A stretch of DNA of 64,000 bases. It comes from Burkholderiaceae bacterium (GTDB lineage: Bacteria; Pseudomonadota; Gammaproteobacteria; Burkholderiales; Burkholderiaceae_B). Position numbers and translations under genes: made by a program. Under the pieces are notes generated by a model that was given only the letters and a program-made list of their open reading frames with translations, was not told the origin of the DNA and did not search any database. Positions 46,627 through 57,080 of the stretch are shown one piece after another. How positions within the stretch are numbered: the first letter of the stretch is position 1; every line of letters starts with the position of its first letter. Where the stretch lies: positions 2,195-66,194 of the forward strand of contig JBFWLP010000003.1 of NCBI GenBank assembly GCA_050252075.1. The letters run 5' to 3'.

Positions 46627-47541
46627 ATGAATTTAAGTTTTCGCGACCTGGAGTACTTCCTGGCCATGGCGGAAACGGGCCACATGGGGCAGGCCGCGCT
46701 GCGTTGCGGCGTAACCCAGTCGGCTCTGTCGAAGTCGCTGCGCCGCCTGGAAGAGGAAACCGGGCTCACCCTGTTTGATCGCAGTGCGCGCCGTATCTGG
46801 CTGAATGCGTCGGGTGTGGCGTTTCTGGAACATGCCCGTCGCTTGCACGCCCAGTATCAGGATGCCTTGCTGCATACGTCGGCGCTGACGCTGGGCGAGG
46901 CCGGTTTGCTGCGCCTGGGGGCCACGGGCGCCACGCTCGATTCCCTGGTGCTGCCCGCCCTGGGGCGTTTGTTGCCCCAGCGCCCGGCGCTGCGGGCCTG
47001 CCTGACGGTGGGGCTGTCCGATGATCTGTTCGATCAGGTGGTGCAGGGTGCGCTGGACATGGCGGTGGCGCCGGTGTACGCACGTACGGCGGTGCCCGAC
47101 GGCACCGAAAAGACGGTGCTGCGCGAAGACGCCATGCATATTGTGGTACGGTCCGGGCACCCTTTGCTGGCCCGCACCCCTTTGCAGCTGGCCGATACCC
47201 TGGACTACCCATGGATTTTGCCGCTGGTGCAGTCGTCGGCGCGGCAGGCTCTGTTCCGTTACTTTGAAATGCACGGGCTGGCGTCGCCGCGCCCGGCCAT
47301 GGAGGTGCCGTTTGTGTCGCCGGGCACGCTGGCGCTGGTGGAGCAGGGCGACTTCATTTCCTTTGCCCACGGTAATGCCGCCGATCTGGTGCGGCGCCAT
47401 GCCGTGCATGTCTTGCCCATTTATGTACCGATTGCCCGCCAGCTGTGCCTGTTAACCCGCCGGGGCGGCACCTGGACACCCCTGATGCAGGCCTTTGATC
47501 AAACGCTGCGGGAGTCGCTGAGTGCCAGAGCCATGGCGTAA
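46627..47541 (+). CDS. LysR-family transcriptional regulator
   Basis: 304 aa. N-terminal HTH (FRDLEYFLAMAETGHMGQAALRCGVTQSALSKSLRRLEEE). Divergent from the sulfatase gene. Confidence 0.9.
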   Translation: MNLSFRDLEYFLAMAETGHMGQAALRCGVTQSALSKSLRRLEEETGLTLFDRSARRIWLNASGVAFLEHARRLHAQYQDALLHTSALTLGEAGLLRLGATGATLDSLVLPALGRLLPQRPALRACLTVGLSDDLFDQVVQGALDMAVAPVYARTAVPDGTEKTVLREDAMHIVVRSGHPLLARTPLQLADTLDYPWILPLVQSSARQALFRYFEMHGLASPRPAMEVPFVSPGTLALVEQGDFISFAHGNAADLVRRHAVHVLPIYVPIARQLCLLTRRGGTWTPLMQAFDQTLRESLSARAMA

Positions 47542-48530
47542 GCGGCGCGCAGCGAGGCGGGGTCGGCCAGGCCTTTTCCCGCGATGTCGAAGGCGGTGCC
47601 GTGATCCACGCTGGTACGCACAAAGGGCAGGCCCACCGTAACGTTCACGCCCTCGTCAACGCCCAGGTACTTTACGGGGATCAGGCCCTGGTCGTGGTAT
47701 TGCGCCACCACAATGTCGAATTCGCCCTGGCGCGCCCGCATGAAAACCGTGTCGCCCGGCCAGGGGCCGCTGGCATTGATGCCTTCGGCACACGCCTGCG
47801 CAATGGCCGGAGCGATGATGCGGATTTCCTCGTTGCCGAACTTGCCGTCTTCACCGGCATGCGGGTTCAGGCCCGCCACGGCCACCCGGGGCCGGGCAAT
47901 GCCGGCCTGCCGGCAGGCCAGGTGAGCCAGGCGAATGGTTTGCAGTTCGGCCTGCAGGGTGATCAGTGCCGGCACCTTGGCCAGGGGCTCGTGAATGGTG
48001 ACCAGAATGACGCGCAGCTGTTCATTGGCCAGCATCATGGCCACCTGCGGCGTGCCGGTGCGCTGGGCCAGAATTTCGGTGTGGCCGGGGTGGTCGATGC
48101 CGCCGGCCTGCATGGCTTTTTTGTGCAGGGGGGCGGTGACAATGGCCCGGATATGGCCGGCCCGGGCGTCGTCGATGGCCTGGCACAGGTATTCGTAGGC
48201 GGCCCGCCCCGCCTGGGCGCTGATTTTGCCGGGCGGCAAATCGGACGGCAGGGGTTCCCAGCGGTTCACCACAGGCAGCGTGTGGCCGGTACTGCCGCCA
48301 TGATCGGGCCATTGCCCGGTAATGTCGCACACCTGTATGTGGTCGCCCAGCCCCAGCCGCCGGGCCGTGGTTTGCAGAATGCCGGCGTCGCCGTACACCA
48401 CGGCCGGGTGGCTTAACGGGCGGGTGAAGAGCTTGACCACGATTTCCGGCCCGATGCCGGCCGCGTCGCCCAGGGTGATACCCACCGGGCGCGAGGAGGC
48501 GGTGAGCGCGGTTCCGGCGGGGTGAGCCAC
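47499..48530 (-). CDS. PdxA-family NAD-dependent dehydrogenase (4-hydroxythreonine-4-phosphate dehydrogenase-like)
   Basis: 343 aa. GITLGDAAGIGPEIVVK and DHPGHTE motifs. GTG start is assumed, so the start is uncertain. Confidence 0.75.
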   Translation of the reverse strand: MAHPAGTALTASSRPVGITLGDAAGIGPEIVVKLFTRPLSHPAVVYGDAGILQTTARRLGLGDHIQVCDITGQWPDHGGSTGHTLPVVNRWEPLPSDLPPGKISAQAGRAAYEYLCQAIDDARAGHIRAIVTAPLHKKAMQAGGIDHPGHTEILAQRTGTPQVAMMLANEQLRVILVTIHEPLAKVPALITLQAELQTIRLAHLACRQAGIARPRVAVAGLNPHAGEDGKFGNEEIRIIAPAIAQACAEGINASGPWPGDTVFMRARQGEFDIVVAQYHDQGLIPVKYLGVDEGVNVTVGLPFVRTSVDHGTAFDIAGKGLADPASLRAAYAMALALSDSRSV

Positions 48531-48535
48531 GGCGG

Positions 48536-50299
48536 TTACAGCGCCTCGCTGGCGTAGTCGGCCAGGCGCGAGCGTTCACCGCGCTGCAGGGTGATGTGCC
48601 CGGCATGCGGCCAGCCCTTGAAGCGGTCGACCACGTAGGTTAGCCCCGAGCTGCCTTCGGTAAGGTAGGGGGTGTCGATTTGCGCGATGTTGCCCAGGCA
48701 AATGATTTTTGTGCCGGGGCCGGCCCGAGTGACCAGGGTTTTCATTTGCTTGGGGGTAAGGTTCTGGGCCTCGTCGATGATCAGGTACTTGTTCAGGAAG
48801 GTTCGGCCGCGCATGAAGCTCATGGACTTGATCTTGATGCGCGAGCGTATGAGGTCCATGGTGGCGTTCTTGCCGCTGTCGTTGCCGCCGGCGTTGTGGG
48901 CCATGCCGCCGTGGGTGCCCAGATGCAGCACTTCCAGGTTGTCTTCCAGCGCGCCCATCCAGGGGGCCATTTTTTCTTCCTCGGTGCCGGGCAGAAAGCC
49001 GATCTCATCGCCCACGGGCACTGTGGCGCGGGTAATGATGATTTCGCTGTAGCGCTTGGTTTCCAGGGTTTGCGTCAGTGCCGCCGCCAGGGCCAGCAAT
49101 GTTTTGCCGGTACCGGCCTGACCCAGCAGCGACACGAAGTCGATGTCAGGGTTCATGAGCAGGTTCAGGGCGAAGTTCTGTTCGCGGTTGCGCGCCGTGA
49201 TGCCCCACACGTTGTTCTTGGCGTGGCTGTAGTCGCGCAGCGTGGCCAGCACGGCGCTTCGACCGCTGACTTCCTTCACCTGGGCCTGCAGGGGCAGGTC
49301 GCCGTCGAAGTACACGAATTCGTTGACGATGAATTCGGAACACAGCGGGCCGCGAACCCGGTAATAGGTGGTTCCCCCTTGCTGCCACGATTCAACGTCT
49401 TTGCCGTGTTTGGTCCAGAAATTGGCCGGCAAAGGCATAACGCCGTCGTACAGCAGGTCGGTGTCGTCGATGACGTGATCGTTCAGGTAGTCTTCGGCGG
49501 CCAGGCCCAGCGACCGGGCTTTCAGACGCATATTGATGTCTTTGGACACCAGAATGACATCACGCCCCTTGTGCAGCGACTTGAGCGCATGCACAACCCC
49601 CAGGATGGCGTTGTCGGCCTTGCCGGGCGGCAGTTCGATGGGCAGTTTGGCGCTGAGCGGCTGGGTCTGGAAGTGCAGCGTGCCCAGAGCATCGGTATTG
49701 CCCAGGGCATCGAGTGCGGCACCGTTTTCGAAGGCTGTGGGCGTTTCAGCCAGACCGTCCAGGTAGCGGCTGACCTGCCGCGCATTGCGGGCCACTTCCG
49801 ACATGCCTTTCTTCTGGTGGTCCAGCTCTTCGAGCACAATCATGGGCAGGAAAATGTCGTGTTCCTGGAAGCGGAACAGCGAGTTCGAGTCGTGCAGAAG
49901 CACGTTGGTGTCCAGCACAAAGAGTTTGCGCTTGCCCACCGGCAGGGCCTTTTTCTTGCTGTTGTTACGGGCGGGGGCTGTTCTGGCCGGGGCGGCGGCC
50001 GGTGTGGCGGGGGCCTGCGGTGCGGGGGCCGGAACGGCGGTTGCCTGCACCGGCACGGGTGCGGGCGTTGCTGCCGATGTTGCTGCCGGCGTCGACGGTG
50101 CTGCGCCGGTCTTGGCGGGCGTGGCGGGTACGGTGACCGGAGCCGCTGTTTTCAGCAGTGCAGCCGTGGGCGTTGCCTTTTTGCGGGCCCCACGGCGCGT
50201 GCCGGCAGCCGGCTCGTCGTGCGTTTGGGGTGGGGCGGATGGGGTGGCAACGGGATCAACCTTGTCACCCATACGGGTTGGCAACTTGGGAAGCGGCAT
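48536..50299 (-). CDS. PIN domain + PhoH-like ATPase
   Basis: 587 aa. PIN block (FVLDTNVLLHD...LPMIVLEELD) and P-loop GQAGTGKTLLALAAAL. The first ~110 aa are an Ala/Pro/Thr-rich extension. Confidence 0.85.
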   Translation of the reverse strand: MPLPKLPTRMGDKVDPVATPSAPPQTHDEPAAGTRRGARKKATPTAALLKTAAPVTVPATPAKTGAAPSTPAATSAATPAPVPVQATAVPAPAPQAPATPAAAPARTAPARNNSKKKALPVGKRKLFVLDTNVLLHDSNSLFRFQEHDIFLPMIVLEELDHQKKGMSEVARNARQVSRYLDGLAETPTAFENGAALDALGNTDALGTLHFQTQPLSAKLPIELPPGKADNAILGVVHALKSLHKGRDVILVSKDINMRLKARSLGLAAEDYLNDHVIDDTDLLYDGVMPLPANFWTKHGKDVESWQQGGTTYYRVRGPLCSEFIVNEFVYFDGDLPLQAQVKEVSGRSAVLATLRDYSHAKNNVWGITARNREQNFALNLLMNPDIDFVSLLGQAGTGKTLLALAAALTQTLETKRYSEIIITRATVPVGDEIGFLPGTEEEKMAPWMGALEDNLEVLHLGTHGGMAHNAGGNDSGKNATMDLIRSRIKIKSMSFMRGRTFLNKYLIIDEAQNLTPKQMKTLVTRAGPGTKIICLGNIAQIDTPYLTEGSSGLTYVVDRFKGWPHAGHITLQRGERSRLADYASEAL

Positions 50300-50343
50300 G
50301 TAGTCGGGCTCCTGCGTGTTATGTGCGTGTTATTGGCGTGTTC

Positions 50344-50808
50344 TTACGATTCGCGCACGGCCTGAAGGACCTCGTCGACATGGCCGGGCACTTTTACGCC
50401 GCGCCATTCGCGCAGCAGTGTTCCGTCAGCATCGATCAGGAACGTGCTGCGTTCAATTCCGCGTACTTGTTTACCGTACATGTTTTTCAGTTTCATGACG
50501 CCGAACTGCGTGCAAAGCGTTTCGTCGGGGTCGGAAATGAGCGGAAAAGGCAGGTTCTGTTTCTCGGTGAAATTCTGGTGCGACTTGAGCGAGTCGCGCG
50601 ACACGCCCATGATCTGGCAGCCGGCGGCCCGGAATGCGTCGTAGGTGTCGCGAAACCCCTGGGCTTCGGTGGTGCAGCCGGGGGTGTTGTCTTTGGGATA
50701 AAAAAACAACACCACTTTTTGCCCGGCCAGATCGGGCAAGTGGATTTCGCCTTGGGTGCTGTCGGCTGTAAACGAGGGGACAGGTTGTCCTTGGGCTAGA
50801 TCAGTCAT
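50344..50808 (-). CDS. bcp: Peroxiredoxin Bcp (thiol peroxidase)
   Basis: 154 aa. FFYPKDNTPGCTTEA active-site motif. Confidence 0.9.
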   Translation of the reverse strand: MTDLAQGQPVPSFTADSTQGEIHLPDLAGQKVVLFFYPKDNTPGCTTEAQGFRDTYDAFRAAGCQIMGVSRDSLKSHQNFTEKQNLPFPLISDPDETLCTQFGVMKLKNMYGKQVRGIERSTFLIDADGTLLREWRGVKVPGHVDEVLQAVRES

Positions 50809-51254
50809 GCGATTTCCTTGTTGGGAAGCAGGGCCACCACCACGCGGCGCCCTTCGGCCATCAGAATATTGTAGGTGCGTGCGGCGGCCTCAGTGCTCAT
50901 GGCTTCCACACCGATACCCAGGTCGAGCAGCGGGCGTACTACATGGGCGGGCAGCAAATACTGCCGCAGCCCGGTGCCCACCAGCATGACCTCGGGGGCG
51001 CCGGCCGGCCGCTCGCGCGGGCCGGTGTTCAGGAAGTCGGCCGGGTTGCCGGGCGCGGTGTCGGCAAGCCCGGCCACCGTGCGCAATTCGGCACTGGTAA
51101 TGTGCGCCGGTGCGCTAACGTGCCACTGTTCGATGGGGCCTTCGGGGCCGAAATACACCGCATGATGGAAGTCGACCTCGTTGATCTGGATGTAATCGGG
51201 GCCGTACGCCGTGACGGTGTTCAGCGCCGGATTGTTTTCACGTTGCAATTGCAA
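50805..51254 (-). CDS. Mth938/DUF498-like small protein
   Basis: Blocks ITAYGPDYIQINEV and LVGTGLRQYLLP...GIGVEAMSTEAAARTYNIL. I prefer the in-frame TTG at 51254, which lies 7 nt after an AGGAG, over the track start at 51356. Confidence 0.6.
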   Translation of the reverse strand: MQLQRENNPALNTVTAYGPDYIQINEVDFHHAVYFGPEGPIEQWHVSAPAHITSAELRTVAGLADTAPGNPADFLNTGPRERPAGAPEVMLVGTGLRQYLLPAHVVRPLLDLGIGVEAMSTEAAARTYNILMAEGRRVVVALLPNKEIA

Positions 51255-51413
51255 AGCATCACTCCTGACAATGGGTTGATGATAGCGCAAACCGCGGCCG
51301 GTTCGCCCGCCCCGGCGTGCCGTGTTGCTTCGCTTGCGCGACGCAGCAATATTCATCGCCCAATCGTTTAAACTAGTCAGTTATTTACTGTACTTTGTCA
51401 TCTAAGGAACATC

Positions 51414-52601
51414 ATGACGAACTTCCCGCGTATTGAACGGTTGCCGCCCTATGTATTCAATATTACCGGTGAACTCAAGATGGCGGCGCGCCGGCGCGGT
51501 GAGGACATTATCGATATGTCCATGGGTAACCCCGATGGCCCAACCCCCAAACATATCGTCGACAAACTGGTTGAAGTGGCCAGCCGCCCCGACACGCACG
51601 GCTATTCGGTGTCCAAAGGCATTCCGCGCTTGCGCCGTGCCATTTCGGGCTGGTACGAGCGCCGCTACAACGTGGCCATCGACCCCGATTCCGAGGCCAT
51701 AGTCACCATCGGCTCGAAAGAGGGGCTGGCCCACCTGATGCTGGCAACGCTCGATCGCGGCGACACGGTGCTGGTGCCCAACCCCAGCTACCCCATCCAT
51801 ATTTACGGCGCGGTCATTGCCGGGGCCAATATCCGTTCGGTGCCCATGACGCCGGGCCTGGACTTCTTCGAGGAAATCGAGCGCGCGGTTCGCGAAACCA
51901 TTCCCAAGCCGAAAATGATGATCCTGGGGTTCCCCAGCAATCCCACGGCGCAGTGCGTAGATTTATCGTTCTTCGAGCGTATTATCGGGCTGGCCCGGGA
52001 ACATAATATTCTGGTGGTGCACGATCTGGCCTATGCCGACATTACCTTCGACGGCTATGTGGCGCCTTCCATTATGCAGGTGCCGGGCGCACGCGATGTT
52101 GCCGTGGAGTTTTTCACCATGAGCAAGAGCTACAACATGGCCGGCTGGCGTGTGGGCTTCATGGTGGGCAACCAGGAATTGGTGAATGCGCTGGCGCGCA
52201 TCAAAAGCTACCACGACTACGGCACGTTCACGCCCATTCAGGTGGCGTCAATTGCCGCCCTGGAAGGCCCCCAAGACTGCGTGAAGCAGGTGGTGGAACA
52301 GTACAAAAACCGTCGCGATGTGCTGGCCAAAGGTTTGCATGAAGCCGGCTGGGTGGTCGATATTCCGAAAGCGTCCATGTACATCTGGGCCAAAATTCCC
52401 GAGCCTTACCAGAAAATGGGGTCGCTCGAATTTTCCAAGCGCGTGCTGGCCGATGCGAAAGTGGCGGTGTCGCCCGGTATCGGTTTCGGCGACTACGGCG
52501 ATGAATACGTTCGCTTTGCGCTGATTGAAAACGAGCAACGCACTCGCCAGGCGGTGCGCGGCGTGAAGGAAATGTTCCGAAAAGACGGGTTGATGAAATG
52601 A
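51414..52601 (+). CDS. Class I/II pyridoxal-phosphate aminotransferase
   Basis: 395 aa. [15 protein letters not shown]-lysine block. Stop overlaps the hom ATG. Confidence 0.85.
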   Translation: MTNFPRIERLPPYVFNITGELKMAARRRGEDIIDMSMGNPDGPTPKHIVDKLVEVASRPDTHGYSVSKGIPRLRRAISGWYERRYNVAIDPDSEAIVTIGSKEGLAHLMLATLDRGDTVLVPNPSYPIHIYGAVIAGANIRSVPMTPGLDFFEEIERAVRETIPKPKMMILGFPSNPTAQCVDLSFFERIIGLAREHNILVVHDLAYADITFDGYVAPSIMQVPGARDVAVEFFTMSKSYNMAGWRVGFMVGNQELVNALARIKSYHDYGTFTPIQVASIAALEGPQDCVKQVVEQYKNRRDVLAKGLHEAGWVVDIPKASMYIWAKIPEPYQKMGSLEFSKRVLADAKVAVSPGIGFGDYGDEYVRFALIENEQRTRQAVRGVKEMFRKDGLMK

Positions 52602-53902
52602 CGACACCGATGAAAGTGGGTTTGCTGGGTCTGGGCGTTGTCGGTGGCGGCACCTGGAAGGTTTTGCAGAAAAATGCGCAGGAAATTGCGCGTCGTGCGG
52701 GTCGTAGCATTCAGGTGGCGGGTATTGCCGTGCGCGATGTCGAAAAGGCGCGTGCCCTGGTGGGCGACGCGGTGCCGGTTACCAGCGACCCCTTGTCGCT
52801 GGTGCGCGACCCCGACATCGATGTCATTGTGGAACTGATCGGCGGCGATTCCACGGCGTACGAAATGATCATGGAAGCCATTGCCCAGGGCAAGCACGTG
52901 GTAACGGCGAACAAGGCGTTGCTGGCCAAGTACGGCAACGAGGTGTTTGCCGCCGCCCATGCCAAGGGCGTCATGGTTACCTTCGAAGCAGCGGTGGCCG
53001 GGGGTATTCCCATTATCAAAGCCATTCGCGAGGGCCTGACGGCCAACCGCATCGAGTCGGTGGTGGGCATTATCAACGGCACCACCAATTTCATCTTGTC
53101 GGAAATGCGGTCGCGCGGGCAGCCGTTTTACTCGGTGCTGGCCGAAGCCCAGCATTTGGGATACGCCGAAGCCGATCCCACCTTCGATATTGAAGGGGTC
53201 GATGCCGCGCACAAGCTTACCTTGCTGTCCGCCATGGCATTCGGCATTCCGGTGCAATTTGAAAAAGCCCATATCGAAGGCATTACGAACCTGGCGCCGG
53301 AAGACATTCAGCACGCCGAGCGCCTGGGTTACCGGATCAAGCTGCTGGGCATTACGCGTCGCCGCCCCAACGGCATCGAGCTGCGGGTGCACCCCACGCT
53401 GGTGCCCACCAATTGCTTGCTGGCCAATGTTGAAGGGGCCATGAACGCGGTGCTGGTGCAAGGCGATGCCGTCGGCCCTTCGCTGTATTACGGGCAGGGC
53501 GCGGGCGAATTGCCCACGGCGTCGGCCGTGGTGGCCGATCTGGTTGACGTCGCCCGCTTGCAGGCGGCTGATCACGATCACCGTGTGCCTTATCTGGCGT
53601 TCCAGCTCGACGCCATGGATGACACTCCCGTTATGCCCATGGAAGACGTGGTGTCGTCGTATTACCTGCGCCTGCGTGTGCAGGACCGTCCGGGTGTTCT
53701 GGCCGATGTGGCCCGTATTCTGGCCAATGCCGGCATCTCTATCGGTTCCATGATCCAGGAACCCAATGGCGAGGCTGAAGCCGACATCATCTTCCTGACC
53801 CACGAGGCCCGCGAGGGGGCCATTGCCCAGGCGATGGACCAGATTCGTACCTTGCCCGTGGTGCAGTCCGAGCTGATTCTGCTGCGCGTGGAGAATATCT
53901 GA
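52598..53902 (+). CDS. hom: Homoserine dehydrogenase
   Basis: 434 aa. NAD motif [12 protein letters not shown], a catalytic domain and a C-terminal ACT domain ([22 protein letters not shown]). Confidence 0.95.
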   Translation: MTTPMKVGLLGLGVVGGGTWKVLQKNAQEIARRAGRSIQVAGIAVRDVEKARALVGDAVPVTSDPLSLVRDPDIDVIVELIGGDSTAYEMIMEAIAQGKHVVTANKALLAKYGNEVFAAAHAKGVMVTFEAAVAGGIPIIKAIREGLTANRIESVVGIINGTTNFILSEMRSRGQPFYSVLAEAQHLGYAEADPTFDIEGVDAAHKLTLLSAMAFGIPVQFEKAHIEGITNLAPEDIQHAERLGYRIKLLGITRRRPNGIELRVHPTLVPTNCLLANVEGAMNAVLVQGDAVGPSLYYGQGAGELPTASAVVADLVDVARLQAADHDHRVPYLAFQLDAMDDTPVMPMEDVVSSYYLRLRVQDRPGVLADVARILANAGISIGSMIQEPNGEAEADIIFLTHEAREGAIAQAMDQIRTLPVVQSELILLRVENI

Positions 53903-55314
53903 TGAAATACCTTACAACGCGCGGGGGCATGGAACCCAAGCCGTTCAGTGACATTCTTCTGGAAGGGCTGGCCACCGACGGCGGCCTGGCGTTGCCCGAA
54001 AGCTATCCGGTGGTGTCCGCCGACACCCTGCAGGCCTGGCGCCGCTTGTCGTACGCCGGCCTGGCCACCGAGATTCTGTCGCTGTTCATCGACGACATTT
54101 CCCGCGATGACCTGGACCGCCTTACACACGCGGCTTATCGCCCCGACGTTTTCGGCAGCGAGCAGATCGTGCCCCTGAAGCCGCTGGACGGCGGGTTGAC
54201 CCTGCTGGGCTTGTCGGAAGGCCCCACTTTGGCTTTCAAAGACATGGCCATGCAGTTTCTGGGTCATATTTTTGAGTATGTTCTTACGCGGCGCGGCACC
54301 ACATTGAACATTCTGGGTGCCACGTCGGGCGACACCGGTTCGGCGGCCGAATATGCCTTGCGCGGAAAGCAGGGCGTGTCCGTGTTCATGCTGTCGCCTC
54401 ATGGCCGCATGAGCGATTTCCAGCGTGCGCAAATGTATTCCCTGCAAGACGCCAATATCCACAACCTTGCGGTCAAGGGTGTGTTTGATGACTGCCAGGA
54501 TATCGTCAAGGCTTTGTCGGGCGATCTGGCGTTCAAGGCGCGCTACCATCTGGGGGCGGTGAATTCGATCAACTGGGCGCGCATTGCGGCGCAGGTAGTG
54601 TATTACTTCTGGGGCTGGCTGCGCGCCACCCAAAGAGCAGACCAGCAGGTGTCGTTCGCGGTGCCGTCGGGCAACTTCGGGAATATTCTGGCGGGCCACA
54701 TTGCACGCCAGATGGGGCTGCCCGTGCGCCGTCTGGTACTGGCCACCAATGAAAACAATGTGCTGGAAGAGTTTTTCCGCACCGGTGTCTACCGGCCCCG
54801 GTCGGCCCAGAACACGCATGCCACGTCCAGTCCGTCCATGGACATTTCCCGGGCATCGAACTTCGAGCGTTTTGTCTTCGATCTGCTCGACCGCGATCCG
54901 GCGCGGGTGCGTCAGGCCTGGAACCAGCTGGCTTCGCAAGGCTACTTCGATCTTACCGATATGAAGCCGCTGTTTGAGTCGCGCTTTGGCTTTGTGGCGG
55001 GTGTCAGCAATCACGCCGACCGCCTGGCCACCATTCGTTCGGTGTCCAGTAGCACCGGTGTGCTCATCGATCCACACACGGCCGACGGTGTGAAGGTGGC
55101 GCGCGAGTACGTTGAGCCCGGCGTGCCCATGCTGGTGCTGGAAACGGCGTTGCCGGCCAAGTTCAATGAAACCATCCGCGAAGCCATCGGGCGCGACGCT
55201 CCGATACCCCCGCATTTGCACGACCTGGCCACGTTGCCGCAAAAAGTGCAGGTGATGGAGTGCCGGGTCGACGATGTTCGTCGCTACATCGAGACGCATG
55301 CTCCAGCTGGCTAA
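53902..55314 (+). CDS. thrC: Threonine synthase
   Basis: 470 aa. PLP-lysine block GPTLAFKDMAMQF. ATG overlaps the hom stop. Confidence 0.95.
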   Translation: MKYLTTRGGMEPKPFSDILLEGLATDGGLALPESYPVVSADTLQAWRRLSYAGLATEILSLFIDDISRDDLDRLTHAAYRPDVFGSEQIVPLKPLDGGLTLLGLSEGPTLAFKDMAMQFLGHIFEYVLTRRGTTLNILGATSGDTGSAAEYALRGKQGVSVFMLSPHGRMSDFQRAQMYSLQDANIHNLAVKGVFDDCQDIVKALSGDLAFKARYHLGAVNSINWARIAAQVVYYFWGWLRATQRADQQVSFAVPSGNFGNILAGHIARQMGLPVRRLVLATNENNVLEEFFRTGVYRPRSAQNTHATSSPSMDISRASNFERFVFDLLDRDPARVRQAWNQLASQGYFDLTDMKPLFESRFGFVAGVSNHADRLATIRSVSSSTGVLIDPHTADGVKVAREYVEPGVPMLVLETALPAKFNETIREAIGRDAPIPPHLHDLATLPQKVQVMECRVDDVRRYIETHAPAG

Positions 55315-55687
55315 TGTCGCCGCCATCGGTATCGGCGCTGCGCTGGGGGCCGTGTTCCGCTGGTTGCTGGGGTTGTGGCTGAATCAACCCTATTTGTCGT
55401 TGCCCTGGGGAACACTGGCCGCCAATTTTATCGGGGCCTACCTTATTGGCCTGGCCCTGGGGGCGTTGTCACTGTTTCCCGAGGTTCCAGTGTGGCTGCG
55501 CCTGTTTTTCGTTACCGGCTTTCTGGGCGGCCTGACCACCTTTTCCACTTTTTCGGGCGAATCCTTCGGTATGCTGGAGCGTGGCGAGTACCTGACCGCG
55601 CTGGGGTATATGGGCGGCAGCGTGGCCGGCTGTATCGCCTTGACCGCCGTGGGGTTTGTGACCGTTCACGCCCTGATCAAGCCCTGA
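55298..55687 (+). CDS. crcB: Fluoride channel CrcB/FluC
   Basis: About 129 aa with four TM segments. GFLGGLTTFSTFS motif. Start (ATG 55298) lies inside the thrC 3' end. Confidence 0.85.
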   Translation: MLQLANVAAIGIGAALGAVFRWLLGLWLNQPYLSLPWGTLAANFIGAYLIGLALGALSLFPEVPVWLRLFFVTGFLGGLTTFSTFSGESFGMLERGEYLTALGYMGGSVAGCIALTAVGFVTVHALIKP

Positions 55688-57080
55688 AGGCCTGGGGGGC
55701 GGCCGCCGTGGCGCCGTCCAGCTGGTCGGCCAGGCAGCGCGCGGCGCGCCGGCCGCTGCGTACCGCGCCTTCCAGCACCGCCGGGTAGCCTGTGGCCGTC
55801 CAGTCGCCCGCCACGACCACATTCGGCCATGCCGTAACATTGTCCGGGCGATCCAGCCCCGGCAACGCGGCGAATGTGGCTCGCTTCTCGACAATCAGGC
55901 TGTATCCGGTCACCGGCGGTAAATCCCCCCCTTGCTCCCGCACCTGGCCCGCCACCGCACTTGCCAGCCAGTCACCCTCCGCCTGCACCACCCCCACCGC
56001 ATCACTCACCACCACATGAACTTTGGGGTCAGAGTAAAAGTCGGGGTCAGAGTAAAACCCGTGCGGATTGAACAGCCATTGCCCTACCTGGCCTTCATGC
56101 GGGTTGTCGTGCAGCAGGTACATGGGGGTCTGTGTGACCCAGGGACGTTCCAGACGCAGTGTAAGGGTGGCAATGGGTCGATAGGTGAAGGCCGCCAGCG
56201 AGGACAGCAGTTGCCCGCTGCCGGGCATGGCCGGCAACTGCGCCGCCAATTGGCGCGCCGGTGCAGCTTGCGTGGCGATCACCAGGGCGTTGAAATGCTC
56301 GCCATTCACATACAGACTACGCGCATTTTCCCATTGCAGACGGCGCACGGGAGTACGCCATCGAACCATCGCGGCATGTTGCGTCTGCAACTGCCGCACG
56401 GCGGTGTCGCACCACAAGGCCGTAAGGTCAACTCGGGGAATCAGTACGTCAGTAGCTTGTCGGGTCGCGCCCCCGAGGCTGTCTTTCAGTACCCGCCAAA
56501 GCAGCTGCGCACAGGCCTCATGGGCGGGCGTGTTCAGCGCCGCCACGCACAGGGGTTCCCAGAAGTGGCGCAGCAGGGCGGCCGACGGTCTTGAAGGTGC
56601 CAGCCATTTCGCGACAGTGACGGATGGCGGGGCTGTTTTCAGGGCCCGATGCAGGAAGAGCGCGAATCGCGCACGGTCGGCCGTACTGACGCCGCGCACG
56701 GTGAGCAGGGCCGCGATCCGGTTCCAGGGCGCGGGCCAGGCCGGTGTGCCAAGCCGGAAGGTTCCATCCAGGCTTTCCAGTCGCAGGGGTTCGCGATAAA
56801 AGCGTTGTTCGGCGTCCAGCCCCAGTTCCCGCATGAGCGCCAGTGTTTCGGTATACGCACCCAGCAACAGGTGCTGGCCGTTGTCGATGATCCACGATTC
56901 GCCCGGCGTGGCGCCGTGTACCGGCGCCTTGATCCTGCGCGCCCGGCCGCCAACGGTGTCGGACGCCTCGAAGACGGTCACCTGGTACCCCTGGCGCGCC
57001 AGGGAGAGCGCGCAACTAAGGCCAGCCCACCCGGCGCCTGCAATGGCCACATGATGGCCGGCGCCTGCACCCAGACTCAC
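55677..57080 (-). CDS. hpnE: Hydroxysqualene dehydroxylase HpnE (FAD-dependent amine-oxidase fold)
   Basis: GTG start at 57080 overlaps the hpnD stop (GTGA). FAD motif VAIAGAGWAGLSCALSLARQGYQVTVFEASDTVGGR. Follows hpnC and hpnD. Contains the 2 x 18-bp repeat. Confidence 0.8.
   Translation of the reverse strand: MSLGAGAGHHVAIAGAGWAGLSCALSLARQGYQVTVFEASDTVGGRARRIKAPVHGATPGESWIIDNGQHLLLGAYTETLALMRELGLDAEQRFYREPLRLESLDGTFRLGTPAWPAPWNRIAALLTVRGVSTADRARFALFLHRALKTAPPSVTVAKWLAPSRPSAALLRHFWEPLCVAALNTPAHEACAQLLWRVLKDSLGGATRQATDVLIPRVDLTALWCDTAVRQLQTQHAAMVRWRTPVRRLQWENARSLYVNGEHFNALVIATQAAPARQLAAQLPAMPGSGQLLSSLAAFTYRPIATLTLRLERPWVTQTPMYLLHDNPHEGQVGQWLFNPHGFYSDPDFYSDPKVHVVVSDAVGVVQAEGDWLASAVAGQVREQGGDLPPVTGYSLIVEKRATFAALPGLDRPDNVTAWPNVVVAGDWTATGYPAVLEGAVRSGRRAARCLADQLDGATAAAPQAFRA
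56025..56060. repeat. 2 x 18-bp direct tandem repeat (GGGGTCAGAGTAAAA + 3 nt) inside hpnE
   Basis: Units at 56025-56042 and 56043-56060. They read in frame on the coding strand as FYSDPD FYSDPK. The core is the same as in the fliO repeat. Confidence 0.9.

Noticed and set aside
48680-50365. 561-aa ORF antisense to the PIN-PhoH gene
   Set aside because: The minus-strand frame has PIN and P-loop motifs. The plus frame is a low-complexity Gly/Arg/Val artefact.
52493-55326. 436-aa and 554-aa ORFs antisense to hom and thrC
   Set aside because: hom and thrC are unambiguous, with NAD motif, ACT domain and PLP lysine. The antisense frames have no motifs.
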